From: Verrucomicrobiota bacterium
GTDB taxonomy: Bacteria > Verrucomicrobiota > Verrucomicrobiia > Limisphaerales > UBA11358
Reading direction: 5' to 3'
Assembly: GCA_050008355.1 (NCBI GenBank)
Contig: JBEKMT010000007.1
Location: 7,844 to 71,843 of the forward strand
DNA length: 64,000 bases
Shown here: piece by piece, positions 38,083 through 47,556 of the stretch
How the letters are laid out: the number at the start of each line of letters is the position of its first letter
How positions within the stretch are numbered: the stretch's first letter is position 1
The notes under the pieces: generated by a model
Seen by the model: only the letters and a program-made list of their open reading frames with translations
What the model was told of the DNA's origin: nothing
Databases searched by the model: none
Made by a program: the position numbers and the translations under genes

Positions 38083-39348
38083 TCAACTTTTCACAGTCAG
38101 GGTGCGCTTCGCCACCTCGGCTCGCGCAGCTTCCAAAATCGCGGCAGCGCTTTCACCGATTTGCGGAATCTCCGCCAGGTCACTGGCTTCCGCCGACAAC
38201 AAATCTTCCAGTCGCGTAATGCCTGCATGCACCAGCGCATCCGCCTGCTCGCGAGTAATTCCAGGAATCAACGCAATCTGCGCCACGGCTTCGGCCACTT
38301 TTTCCTCAAAACCCTTGGTGACCACATGTTCGGCGTCAATGTCCACTTCCCAACCCGTCAACCGCGCCGTCAATCGAGCGTTCTGTCCGCGCTTGCCGAT
38401 CGCCAATGATAATTGGTCCTCTGCCACGAGAATCTTGACTCGCTTGCCTTTTTCCTGCAGCTCGATGCTTTTTAGCTGTGCGGGCTCCAGGGCTTTCGTA
38501 ACAAACGCCTTGATGTCCGATGACCACGGTATCACATCCACTTTCTCGTTGTTCAGCTCGCGGACGATGTTTTTTACGCGCTGGCCGCGCATCCCGACAC
38601 ACGCACCGACGGGATCCACCTTGGGATCACGGGAATAAACCGCCATTTTGGTGCGGAAGCCCGGCTCACGTGCGATACCCTTGATTTCAATCGTGCCGTC
38701 ACTGATTTCCGAGACTTCAACCTGAAACAGTTTGATGATAAAACGGGGATCTGCGCGCGACAAAATGATTTCCGGCCCATGCGGACCTTCCTGCACCGCC
38801 TTGACATAACAACGGATACGTTCGCCAACCTGATATTCCTCCGTCGGCACACGTTCCTTGTTTGGCATCAACGCCTCGTATTTTCCCAGGTCGAGAATCA
38901 CGTCCGAACGGTCAAAACGACGAACCGTGCCGCTGACGATATCGCCAACGCGGTCCTTGAATTCCGTCAACAGCATGGCTTTTTCCGCCTGCCTTACCTT
39001 TTGCATCAACGCCTGCTTGGCGTATTGGGCGGCCACCCGTCCGAAACCGGTGGGAGTCACTTCTTTCTCAACTTCATCGCCGACTTTTGAATCCGCCTTG
39101 ATGCGGCGCGCATCGAAAACCGAGATCTGGTCATGCACGGAAATGACTTTGTCCGCCACGATCAATTTGGCGAACGCCTTGATGTCGCCCGTTTTCGGAT
39201 CCAATTCGACACGCAATTCGCGGGCCGGGCCGACCGCTTTCTTCGCAGCAGACAATAATGCTTCATGAACGGCAGCCATGAGAGTCTCACGGCTGACGCC
39301 TTTTTCACGTTCCCAAAATTCCAGTCCGGCTAAAAGTTCTGCATTCAT
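38083..39348 (-). CDS. nusA: Transcription termination/antitermination factor NusA
   Basis: FGRVAAQYAKQ, S1 domain, AREPGFRTK, DPVGACVGMRGQRV and LSLAIGKRGQNARL. Start MNAELL at 39348. Confidence 0.97.
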   Translation of the reverse strand: MNAELLAGLEFWEREKGVSRETLMAAVHEALLSAAKKAVGPARELRVELDPKTGDIKAFAKLIVADKVISVHDQISVFDARRIKADSKVGDEVEKEVTPTGFGRVAAQYAKQALMQKVRQAEKAMLLTEFKDRVGDIVSGTVRRFDRSDVILDLGKYEALMPNKERVPTEEYQVGERIRCYVKAVQEGPHGPEIILSRADPRFIIKLFQVEVSEISDGTIEIKGIAREPGFRTKMAVYSRDPKVDPVGACVGMRGQRVKNIVRELNNEKVDVIPWSSDIKAFVTKALEPAQLKSIELQEKGKRVKILVAEDQLSLAIGKRGQNARLTARLTGWEVDIDAEHVVTKGFEEKVAEAVAQIALIPGITREQADALVHAGITRLEDLLSAEASDLAEIPQIGESAAAILEAARAEVAKRTLTVKS

Positions 39349-39391
39349 AACGAACACCCGGCGGCACACGTTGGCGCTGCATCCGGCGAAC

Positions 39392-39424
39392 AAAAAAGTC
39401 GGAAAGACCAATGTCTCCGACTTT
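39392..39424 (-). terminator. Leader terminator/attenuator upstream of nusA
   Basis: Minus strand AAAGTCGGAGAC-ATTG-GTCTTTCCGACTTTTTT forms a hairpin with a U-tract between the promoter and the nusA start. Confidence 0.7.
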
Positions 39425-39466
39425 CGCACGCTGGTGAGCCAGCTTCAACACCGCTTTAGTTCATAG

Positions 39467-39495
39467 AAGCTAAAGTTTCGAGCCGCATCCGTCAA
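39467..39495 (-). promoter_or_regulatory. Putative sigma70 promoter of the nusA operon
   Basis: Minus strand TTGACG-17 bp-TAGCTT. Confidence 0.6.
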
Positions 39496-39646
39496 GGAGC
39501 AAGTTTTTGGTGGACGCCTTGCTCTTCTCAATTTCATTATTATGTGTGATGCGTGCGCTTCACGCTTGTTTGCGTGGATTTCGCGCATCTGACCGGACCC
39601 AAACTGCCAATTTGCAGGGAGATCAGCATGGCATCGACCATGCTGA

Positions 39647-40253
39647 ATGGATTTTATGAAACCGCTCTGCTCAAACCGGTCAAATCATGCCTTGACCCTC
39701 TTCGAGGTATTGGTGGTCATGTTTGCATTTGCGCTGCTGGTCTTGGCAGCAATGGGATTTCTGGACGCATCACATGCGGGCCGCAAAGCCAAACGAATCA
39801 GTTGCGTAAACAACCTCAAAGAAATCTCGCTGGCAGCCCGTATCTGGGAGGGAAATCATGGCGACGCGTACCCAATGGAGGTTTCGATTTCAAGTCATGT
39901 CGAACGAATTGAGCATACCGAAAGTTTTGCTTTGTCCGGCCGATACTGACCATTCTCTGGCAAAAGATTTTCAGGCAGGGTTTTCTAGGAAATACATCAG
40001 TTATTTCGTCAATCTGGACGCCGTTGAAGCGAATCCCCAAATGATGCTTTTCGGCGATGATAATTTTGTAATCGGCGGTGTTCCCGTCAACCCCGGATTT
40101 CTGAAAGTTCCCGCCAACGCTTCTATCGGCTGGAGCGCCACACGGCACAGATTCTCAGGGAACGTTGCGATCACGGACGGAAGTGTTCAACAATTGACCA
40201 TTCCCGGTTTGCAACAAGCCCTGCAAAACACCAACCGCATCTTGATCCCGTGA
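39647..40253 (+). pseudogene. Frameshifted prepilin-type H-X9-DG protein
   Basis: One frame gives ALTLFEVLVV..CVNNLKEISLA..YPMEVS. A second frame continues FQVMSNELSIPKVLLCPAD..RHRFSGNVAITDGSVQ. Junction near 39887. Confidence 0.8.
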
Positions 40254-40342
40254 TAATTTGAAAATGATCTCTAAAATCAACAGCGGGGAGATTCCCAATT
40301 TCAATTCGTGATAATTTGCACCAACCATGTCAGTTTCTTCTC

Positions 40343-40552
40343 ATGAAGCTTTTCTTCACCGGTCCGGTCGTCAAAACCGAATTGCTGGCGGTCATGCTGG
40401 AAAAGCATGGCATCGCTGCCACGCAGGAATTCGTTGATCCCGCCGCACCTGATGACGGAGACCTCAACCGCCTGGCGCAGATTTTCGTGCCGGAAGCGGA
40501 TTACGACCATGCCCATCAATTATTCTTCACCGAGCGCGAAGACGAACTGTGA
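40343..40552 (+). CDS. Small hypothetical protein, DUF2007-like
   Basis: MKLFF..ELLAVMLEKHGIAA..IFVPEADYDHAHQL resembles the DUF2007 pattern L...GI...V...D...A..L. Confidence 0.65.
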   Translation: MKLFFTGPVVKTELLAVMLEKHGIAATQEFVDPAAPDDGDLNRLAQIFVPEADYDHAHQLFFTEREDEL

Positions 40553-40693
40553 CCCTTCGCGGACAGCTGCGAGATGTGAGTTTGAGCGTGAACCTCACGC
40601 ACATTGCGTGAAATTCACGCGCATTTATCAGCAGGTTTACTTATTTTCTTGATAATTGGGCCCGGCATGGTCTCTGCTTAGTTGTATTCGACC

Positions 40694-41908
40694 ATGAAGA
40701 TTCCACTTTTGCGTCGCAAGGCGGGGGCTTTTACCTTGGTGGAATTGTTGGTGGTCATCGCCATCATCGGCATCCTGGCTGCGTTACTCCTGCCGGCGTT
40801 GCAGCAAGGCCAGGCCAGGGCCAAGCGAATGGAATGTATCAGCAACCTCCGGGAGATCGGCCTCGCATGTCATTTGTTTGCCAACGACCACGGCGGGCAA
40901 TTCCCGACCCAAGTCTCCACTAACGACGGCGGGTCGATGGAATTCGTCACCGCCGGCGACCAATTGCAAACCCGATTTTATTTTTCCTATAAACTTTTCT
41001 TGCCCCTTTCCGGCTCGCTTGGCACACCCAGGCTCCTGGCCTGCCCGGCGGACATGGAGCGGTGGTCCTCATCCAATTTTATAAAGTTTAATAATTGGAA
41101 TTTGAGCTATGCCATCGGCGTCAAAACTGAACCGCTCAACGCCGGCAGTGTCCTCGCAGCCGATCGCACTCTTCCTCTTTGCAAATCTCCCGGCTTTACC
41201 CCCAACCCAAGCATCGGAATCATTGATCCGCCAATTGCGAACGGAAACTGGGGGCCAGGTTTGCATGACTACAAAGGTGACGTTTTGTTCGCGGATGATC
41301 ACGTTGAGGAATCTCGCAATGCACTGCTGCCGTCGGAACTCACCGTGGATAATTTCCTTTTTTTTCCCGATGTCAATGGATCCCCGAATCCTCCATCTGG
41401 CGGAGGCTCCGGCGGCGCTCCGACTCAAAGCGGCCCCTCTACCCCATGGGTGCCTCCAACCGGCAATCCGGAAAACCCGGTCTCGCAAAACCCTGCTGCC
41501 TATACGCCGGTTCAGCCCAATAATCAGGGTTCCCATGCGCAGCCAGGTGCGCCCCCAAGCCCGGTGTCGCAGCATCCTGCGACCCAAACGGCAGATCAAA
41601 TGCTTTCCTCATCCGTTAATCGTCCGAACGTCGCAACCGCCCCCGTGTCCACGACGCCTCCGATGGATTTCTCGAACAGCATCACCGAAGCCGCTCCGGC
41701 CGCAACCAATTTCGCGGCGATTGAAGTCATCGCGACCAACAACGACGATCCGACCCTGTCCCCGGTTAATCAAAGGGTAGCGCATTACTTGAGATGCGTA
41801 TTCGGCTGGATTTTCCTGTTACTCTTATTGTTGTTGCTGCTGGAAATATGGCGTCGGTTGCGTCGACAAAAGGAAAAGGCAAACCGCACCCGCCAAAACT
41901 CCTGTTAA
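40694..41908 (+). CDS. Prepilin-type protein with Pro/Ser/Thr-rich stalk and C-terminal TM anchor
   Basis: [39 protein letters not shown] and [16 protein letters not shown], then a low-complexity linker and [22 protein letters not shown]. Confidence 0.85.
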   Translation: MKIPLLRRKAGAFTLVELLVVIAIIGILAALLLPALQQGQARAKRMECISNLREIGLACHLFANDHGGQFPTQVSTNDGGSMEFVTAGDQLQTRFYFSYKLFLPLSGSLGTPRLLACPADMERWSSSNFIKFNNWNLSYAIGVKTEPLNAGSVLAADRTLPLCKSPGFTPNPSIGIIDPPIANGNWGPGLHDYKGDVLFADDHVEESRNALLPSELTVDNFLFFPDVNGSPNPPSGGGSGGAPTQSGPSTPWVPPTGNPENPVSQNPAAYTPVQPNNQGSHAQPGAPPSPVSQHPATQTADQMLSSSVNRPNVATAPVSTTPPMDFSNSITEAAPAATNFAAIEVIATNNDDPTLSPVNQRVAHYLRCVFGWIFLLLLLLLLLEIWRRLRRQKEKANRTRQNSC

Positions 41909-42089
41909 GCTGCAATCATCGCCAGCTTGGATTTTCTGATTCCAACTCCAGGCACAACTCCGGGCTCCTCTTGAAAATTCTAGCGTAAAACGAGACCATC
42001 ACATTTTCTTCATCCGCCTCTCTGTTAATGTCCACGAGATGCAAAACTAGCAACTGGATTCCAGCTCCTGACTTTTGTACTATCCCCCG

Positions 42090-43239
42090 ATGTTCGACCT
42101 CGTCAAACCGCAGATTGCCACCGCCGCCGACAAGCTCACCCACTTGCGGAGGTTTCTTTGACGTCCCCAGATTGAACCAACGCCTGGCCGAACTCGAATC
42201 GCAGATGACCGGGGAATCTTTTTGGAACAACCAGGAAGCCGCTCAGAAGGTCATCAACGAAACCAACGATATTCGAGGCAAACTCGATCCGCTCACGCGT
42301 TTCGGCAAACAAGCCGAGGACCTGGAGGTCATGCTTGAACTCGCTCAGGCTGAGCCGGAAGCCATGCAAATCCAGCTTGAAACTGAAATCACTCAGGACA
42401 CGAACAAACTGCTCGCCGATCTCGACGCGTTCGAACTGCGCACTTTTCTCAATGGTCCACACGACAAGTGCAACTGCATCTTCACCATCAATGCCGGCGC
42501 CGGCGGCACCGAGGCGCAGGATTGGGCGGAAATGCTCTCGCGAATGTACGGTCGATGGTTTGATTCCCGCGGCTGGAAATGGGAGATCACGGACGCGCTT
42601 GCCGGCGACTCCGCCGGTTTGAAAAGCGTCACTTTCCGCGTCGAGGGCGAAAACGCATATGGCTTCTGCAAGGCGGAACGCGGCGTGCACCGGCTCGTGC
42701 GGATTTCGCCATTCGATTCCAACAAGCGCCGCCACACCAGCTTTTCCAGCGTGGACACGATTGCCGAATTGAGCGACCTGGTGCAGACCGACATCGTCAT
42801 TCCCAAAAGCGAACTGCAGCGAGACACCTTTCGATCCGGTGGCAAAGGCGGCCAGAACGTGAACAAAGTTGAAACCGCCGTTCGCCTCACGCACCTTCCG
42901 ACCGGTCTCGTCGCCGCCTCGCAGGCGCAACGCAGCCAGGCGCAAAATGAAGCAACTGCTTTGCAAATGCTCATCTCAAAACTCTACGCTCTGAAACTCG
43001 ACCAGGCTAAAAGTGAGATGGAGCGGTTCTACGGTGACAAGGGCAGCATCTCCTGGGGCAACCAGATTCGCAGCTACGTTTTTCAGCCCTATCGCATGGT
43101 CAAGGATTTGCGGACTGGCGCGCAAACCAGCGATACGCAAGCCGTCATGGACGGCGCGCTCGATTTGTTCGTCAATGCCTGGCTCCGCGCCGGCTGCCCG
43201 CTTAAACGCATGCAGGGCGTGAAGGACGACGAGGAATAA
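42090..43239 (+). CDS. prfB: Peptide chain release factor 2 with programmed +1 frameshift
   Basis: ATG 42090 (MFDLVKPQ..HLRRFL), then GGAGG-TTT-CTT-TGA-C at 42148-42162. The downstream frame has the SPF tripeptide (RISPFD) and GGQ. Confidence 0.97.
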
Positions 43240-43344
43240 TCCTGACTGTGGAGTCGCCGGGCTCCGGAGAAAATTAATCTCTGCGCCGATGTAACTTTGC
43301 GGTAAAATAAACCATTAGGATTTAGGCAAACGGTCCGTGTGGCC

Positions 43345-44148
43345 ATGAGTATTTTAGATAAAATCATCGAGCAAAAAAAAATCGAAGTCGCCAGATTTCC
43401 TGCACGCCTCATTGCCGCCGGCGACCTGCGCGACGCCATGCTGGAGCACGGGGAGCGGCGCGATTTTGTCGCGGCGCTCAGGAATCCCCGCTTCGGCAAC
43501 ATTGGCCTGATTGCCGAAGTAAAAAAAGCTTCGCCCTCCGCCGGCGTGATCTGCAAAGACTTCGATCCCGTCCGCATCGCTAAAGCCTACGAAGCGGCCG
43601 GCGCCAGCTGCCTGTCCGTTTTGACCGACGAACAATTTTTCCAGGGCTCGCTCGATTACCTCCGTCAAATCCGGGCCGCCGTGAAAGTGCCTTTACTCCG
43701 CAAGGATTTCATCATTGATGAACGTCAGATCCTCGAAGCCATTGAATGGGGTGCAGACGCCATCCTGCTCATCGTTGCCATTCTGACCGACGAACAATTG
43801 CAAAAATTTCACTCCCTTGCCGTTGAAGCCGGGTTGGCCGTCCTCGTGGAAGTCCACGATGAAGTCGAACTGGCCCGTGCCCGGAAATTTTCTCCTGCGC
43901 TCATTGGCGTCAATAACCGTGACTTGAAATCATTCGCAGTGGATCTGGCTACCACTGAACGGCTTGCCGGTACGTTGTTCTCATCACCTTCGGTCCGCCA
44001 GTCCGTCGTGCTCGTCGCCGAAAGCGGTATCCACACCCGCGCGGACGTCGACCGCCTGAAAAAAAGCGGCGCCGGCGCCATCCTCGTCGGCGAATCACTC
44101 GTGAAACACGGAGACATCCAGACGAAAGTACGAGAATTGATCGGCTGA
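43345..44148 (+). CDS. trpC: Indole-3-glycerol phosphate synthase
   Basis: IAEVKKASPSAG, LSVLTD..FFQGS, LLRKDFI, GVNNRDL, VAESGI and ILVGESL motifs. Confidence 0.97.
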   Translation: MSILDKIIEQKKIEVARFPARLIAAGDLRDAMLEHGERRDFVAALRNPRFGNIGLIAEVKKASPSAGVICKDFDPVRIAKAYEAAGASCLSVLTDEQFFQGSLDYLRQIRAAVKVPLLRKDFIIDERQILEAIEWGADAILLIVAILTDEQLQKFHSLAVEAGLAVLVEVHDEVELARARKFSPALIGVNNRDLKSFAVDLATTERLAGTLFSSPSVRQSVVLVAESGIHTRADVDRLKKSGAGAILVGESLVKHGDIQTKVRELIG

Positions 44149-44185
44149 AGATCAAAATGAAGCCGGACGCCGAACGCGCCAGTTC

Positions 44186-45184
44186 TTACAATTTTCGATT
44201 TCGCGCCAACTGTTTCGCCAGCCGGATGGCGGAAATCATGCTCGATGGATTGGCGACGCCTTTTCCAGCGATGTCGTAAGCCGTGCCGTGATCTGGCGAG
44301 GTGCGGATGAACGGCAAACCAAGAGTCCAGTTCACCCCTGTGTCGAACGCGACCGCTTTCAGCGGCGCGAGCCCCTGGTCGTGGTACATCGCCACCACAG
44401 CATCGTAATCCCCGCACAATGCATAATGGAAAACTGTGTCTCCGCTCAACGGGCCAACTACGTCAAAGCCTCTTTTCTGCGCCGCGCGAACAGTCGGCGC
44501 GATGATCGAGATTTCTTCATCGCCGAATTCCCCGCCTTCGCCGGCATGAGGATTTAAACCGGCAACGGCCACCCGGGCGCGAGGCAACCCCAAATCCCGG
44601 CACGAGTGCGCCGCCAGCTCGATGGCCAGCATAATTTTTTCCGGGGTTAATTTTTCCGGGATGGATTTGACGGCAATATGAACCGTGGCCAGGGCGACCC
44701 GCAGCCAGCGTTTCTTGTCGTCGTGACCCAGCAGCATCATTGCCGTGTGGTCCGTGCCGGCGAGGGCGGAGAGAAATTCAGTCTGGCCGACAAAATGTTG
44801 TTGGCCGGAGCGGATGATGGATTCCTTGTTCACGGGCGCGGTGACCAGCGCGTCAAGTTCTCGGCACAGACAGCGTTCGCCACCATTGCGCAACCACGCA
44901 ACGGAAGCCTGGGCTGCCGGTATCGCACCAGCTGTCAGGTTTTCCGGCAGCGAACCAGCCAAAGGATCAACCATAAAAAACCTACCGGCGTCTGTGTACT
45001 CGGAAAATTTTTGCAGCGGCAGATCCAGGGAAAGTTGCCGGTTATGTTGCTGGAGAGTTTTCGTGTCCCCGATCAGGAGATACTTGGTTTTGTCGCTGCC
45101 GGCCTCGGCGGCAACGGCTTTCAGCGAAACTTCCGGCCCGACGCCGGTGACATCGCCGAGGGAAATTCCAATCCAGTCAGTCAT
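44186..45184 (-). CDS. pdxA: 4-hydroxythreonine-4-phosphate dehydrogenase
   Basis: GDVTGVGPE, TAPVNK, GLNPHAGE, AMYHDQGL and RTSPDHGTAYDIAG motifs. Confidence 0.96.
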   Translation of the reverse strand: MTDWIGISLGDVTGVGPEVSLKAVAAEAGSDKTKYLLIGDTKTLQQHNRQLSLDLPLQKFSEYTDAGRFFMVDPLAGSLPENLTAGAIPAAQASVAWLRNGGERCLCRELDALVTAPVNKESIIRSGQQHFVGQTEFLSALAGTDHTAMMLLGHDDKKRWLRVALATVHIAVKSIPEKLTPEKIMLAIELAAHSCRDLGLPRARVAVAGLNPHAGEGGEFGDEEISIIAPTVRAAQKRGFDVVGPLSGDTVFHYALCGDYDAVVAMYHDQGLAPLKAVAFDTGVNWTLGLPFIRTSPDHGTAYDIAGKGVANPSSMISAIRLAKQLARNRKL

Positions 45185-45297
45185 ATCAAATTCAAGCTGA
45201 CGAATGGCCCGTCATAATTTGCCGCCAGGCGCTTTTATGGGCGATTCAAAATTCCCGTTGGGGCGGAGCGGGCTTGGGCCGGCTCAATCCTCTCGCC

Positions 45298-46263
45298 TCA
45301 GTTCATAAAATAACGAACGTAAGTTTTCTTCTTGAGGCCATCAATCCAAGCTTTTGACTGGCGGGCCTGCTCCTGAATCCGGAGGGTTTTGTCAATATCA
45401 TCACGCACGTCGGCCAAGGGCTTGAGGTGGGCGAGGCTCTCGTCCTCCACAACGATCAAATAAACGGTGTCGGGCGTATCGATCGGATCACTGACCTGCC
45501 CGCGCTTCAGGGTGAACGCAACGACCGCAAGTTCCTTGCGCAGGTCCGAGCGCGAAACCCAGCCCCGCTCGCCGCCCACGTTCTGTTGCGAGCTTTGTGA
45601 GTAAACACCGGCCATCTCTGCAAAAGACGCTCCAGCCTTGATTTTACCAGCGATCTCGCGCCCCAGCTCAAGCGTATTGGTGTCGTCCGGCGAAGTTTTG
45701 TTCAGCGCGATCATACGGAACTTTACCTGATCCTCCAGCTTGAATTCGTCGGGATGCGTCTGGTAATAGTTTTCGATTTTATAGGGCGAAATGATTATGG
45801 TTTTCTGGACGTTAAGACTCCGCAGGCCGGATTCAATATAGCGGTCCAGCAGTTCCTTGCGATATTGTTCCAGTGTCATGCCCTGCGCCTGCAACGTTTT
45901 GATCATGGTCACCCGGTCACCGAACCGCTCTCGGATGTTGTCCTGAACCAGCTGGTCTGCGAGACTGTCGGGCAGTTTGTTGTAACCACCCGTTTCGTAG
46001 TTGTTCAATATCAGCGCACGCTCAACCAGCTGTTCCAGACTGTCGTGTATGGCCGCGTCCAGCTTCTGCTGATAAACATCCGGCTCGGCGGCATATTGGG
46101 TGCGGAGCGTGTCTTCCACGGGCCGGGTATAGTCTTCCACCTGGGCAAATGTGATAACCTTGTCGGCGACCACCGCCTCGATACCGTCCACAAAATCCGC
46201 CTGGGAATGAAGCGGCACACCGACCGCCATGGCCAGGATTGGAATAGACCGAAAAATTTTCAT
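45298..46263 (-). CDS. surA: SurA-like peptidyl-prolyl isomerase / chaperone
   Basis: Signal peptide, VDGIEAVVADKVIT, parvulin motif GASFAEMA..YS..GGERGW..GQVSDPIDT. Upstream of pdxA. Confidence 0.8.
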   Translation of the reverse strand: MKIFRSIPILAMAVGVPLHSQADFVDGIEAVVADKVITFAQVEDYTRPVEDTLRTQYAAEPDVYQQKLDAAIHDSLEQLVERALILNNYETGGYNKLPDSLADQLVQDNIRERFGDRVTMIKTLQAQGMTLEQYRKELLDRYIESGLRSLNVQKTIIISPYKIENYYQTHPDEFKLEDQVKFRMIALNKTSPDDTNTLELGREIAGKIKAGASFAEMAGVYSQSSQQNVGGERGWVSRSDLRKELAVVAFTLKRGQVSDPIDTPDTVYLIVVEDESLAHLKPLADVRDDIDKTLRIQEQARQSKAWIDGLKKKTYVRYFMN

Positions 46264-46311
46264 CGAATCGCTGCGCATGGTAACAATCACTTCCGTCCGG
46301 TCAAGTCCCGC

Positions 46312-46485
46312 TCAATGAATTGGGCGCGAAAACCACCAGATCAAAACGCACAACAGCCCGCTAAACACCAGCGCCACTGCCACCGTCCAGCAAAGAATAT
46401 ACGTTTGTTTGCGTCGGAAATTTCTTCCTCCCTGACCGGGCAGCAAATAGAAACGCTCTCGTTCCTTTGGTTTTTTGACGGACAC
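46312..46485 (-). CDS. Small (~57 aa) membrane protein
   Basis: GTG start preceded by GAAGGT. VSVKKPKERERFYLLPGQGGRNFRRKQTYILCWTVAVALVFSGLLCVLIWWFSRPIH has a basic N-terminus and one TM, and fills the gap upstream of surA. Confidence 0.55.
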   Translation of the reverse strand: MSVKKPKERERFYLLPGQGGRNFRRKQTYILCWTVAVALVFSGLLCVLIWWFSRPIH

Positions 46486-46563
46486 ACCTTCTTGTATCAA
46501 GAACCGCGATGTGATACAAGTCATGTGCTTGCCGTTGGAGGAAATTCCGCTAACTTTTCCCGC

Positions 46564-47385
46564 ATGAATCTCGAAGATCACCTTGGCGATATCATTCGCA
46601 AGGCACGCATTATGTCTGATGTTTCCGGTGCCAGAGCCGCCGGGGCTGCCGGAGTTTCCGAAGCCGAACTGTCCGCGCTCGAAGCATCCGGTATTTTGGC
46701 GAAGCAAATTAATTATGCTGCCCTCGGAAAAATCATCGGCCTCAATCCGCAAAAACTCGAAACCATCTCCAAGGGCTGGTTGCCGGCAAGGATAGATCTG
46801 TCCATGTGGCACGAGTTACGCCCTTTCACCACCACGAGCGAAGATCTCTCGGTAAATTGCTATCTCCTCTGGGATGAGGTCACGCGTGACGCCGCGCTGT
46901 TTGACACCGGCCTTGACGCTCGACCGGTCCTGGATTGCATCGCCGCCGAACAACTCTTACTCCGCCACATTTTCATCACGCACTCGCACTATGATCATGT
47001 CGAGGCCCTGCCGAAATTTCGCGAGGTATTCCCCAAGGTGCGGCTACATTCCGGGTCCAAAAGTGCGCCCGTGGACCAGCGGAATAAAGTCGCGGAAATC
47101 ATCCATCTCGGCGGGCTGCGGGTAACCCATCGGGAGACGCCCGGCCATGCGGACGACGGCGTGACCTATCTCGTTGGCAACTGGCAGGAGGACGCGCCGT
47201 CCATCGCCATCGTCGGCGACGCACTTTTTGCCGGCTCGATGGGCAACGGCAACGGAGCCTGGGATCTGGCCAGGCAAAAGGTCAGGGAGCAAATTTTATC
47301 CCTGCCTCCAGAAACCCTGATCTGCCCTGGGCACGGCCCTTTGACCACGGTTGGCGAAGAAAGAGAACATAATCCTTTCTTTTGA
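46564..47385 (+). CDS. MBL-fold metallo-hydrolase with N-terminal XRE-like HTH
   Basis: THSHYDH, TPGH, GDALF and PGHG motifs. N-terminus GDIIRKAR...AAGVSEAELSALE. True start ATG 46564. Confidence 0.88.
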   Translation: MNLEDHLGDIIRKARIMSDVSGARAAGAAGVSEAELSALEASGILAKQINYAALGKIIGLNPQKLETISKGWLPARIDLSMWHELRPFTTTSEDLSVNCYLLWDEVTRDAALFDTGLDARPVLDCIAAEQLLLRHIFITHSHYDHVEALPKFREVFPKVRLHSGSKSAPVDQRNKVAEIIHLGGLRVTHRETPGHADDGVTYLVGNWQEDAPSIAIVGDALFAGSMGNGNGAWDLARQKVREQILSLPPETLICPGHGPLTTVGEEREHNPFF

Positions 47386-47556
47386 ACCCTTCGGGGGGCA
47401 ACGCGGCACTCTGCACCCTTGCCCGGGGTTTGGACGTATTTTCATCGGCCTTTCGACCATCTTTTTGCCTTGGACCAATTTGCAATGCCGGAATCCATTT
47501 GCCCGCGGACAATTTTTATTGCCCGCAGGTTTTGTTCGCCTAGCCTGAACCAAAAC

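Noticed and set aside
45754-46563. N-terminal 270 aa of the 543-aa ORF
   Set aside because: It is antisense to surA and the small ORF. The recognisable HTH-MBL protein starts at 46564.
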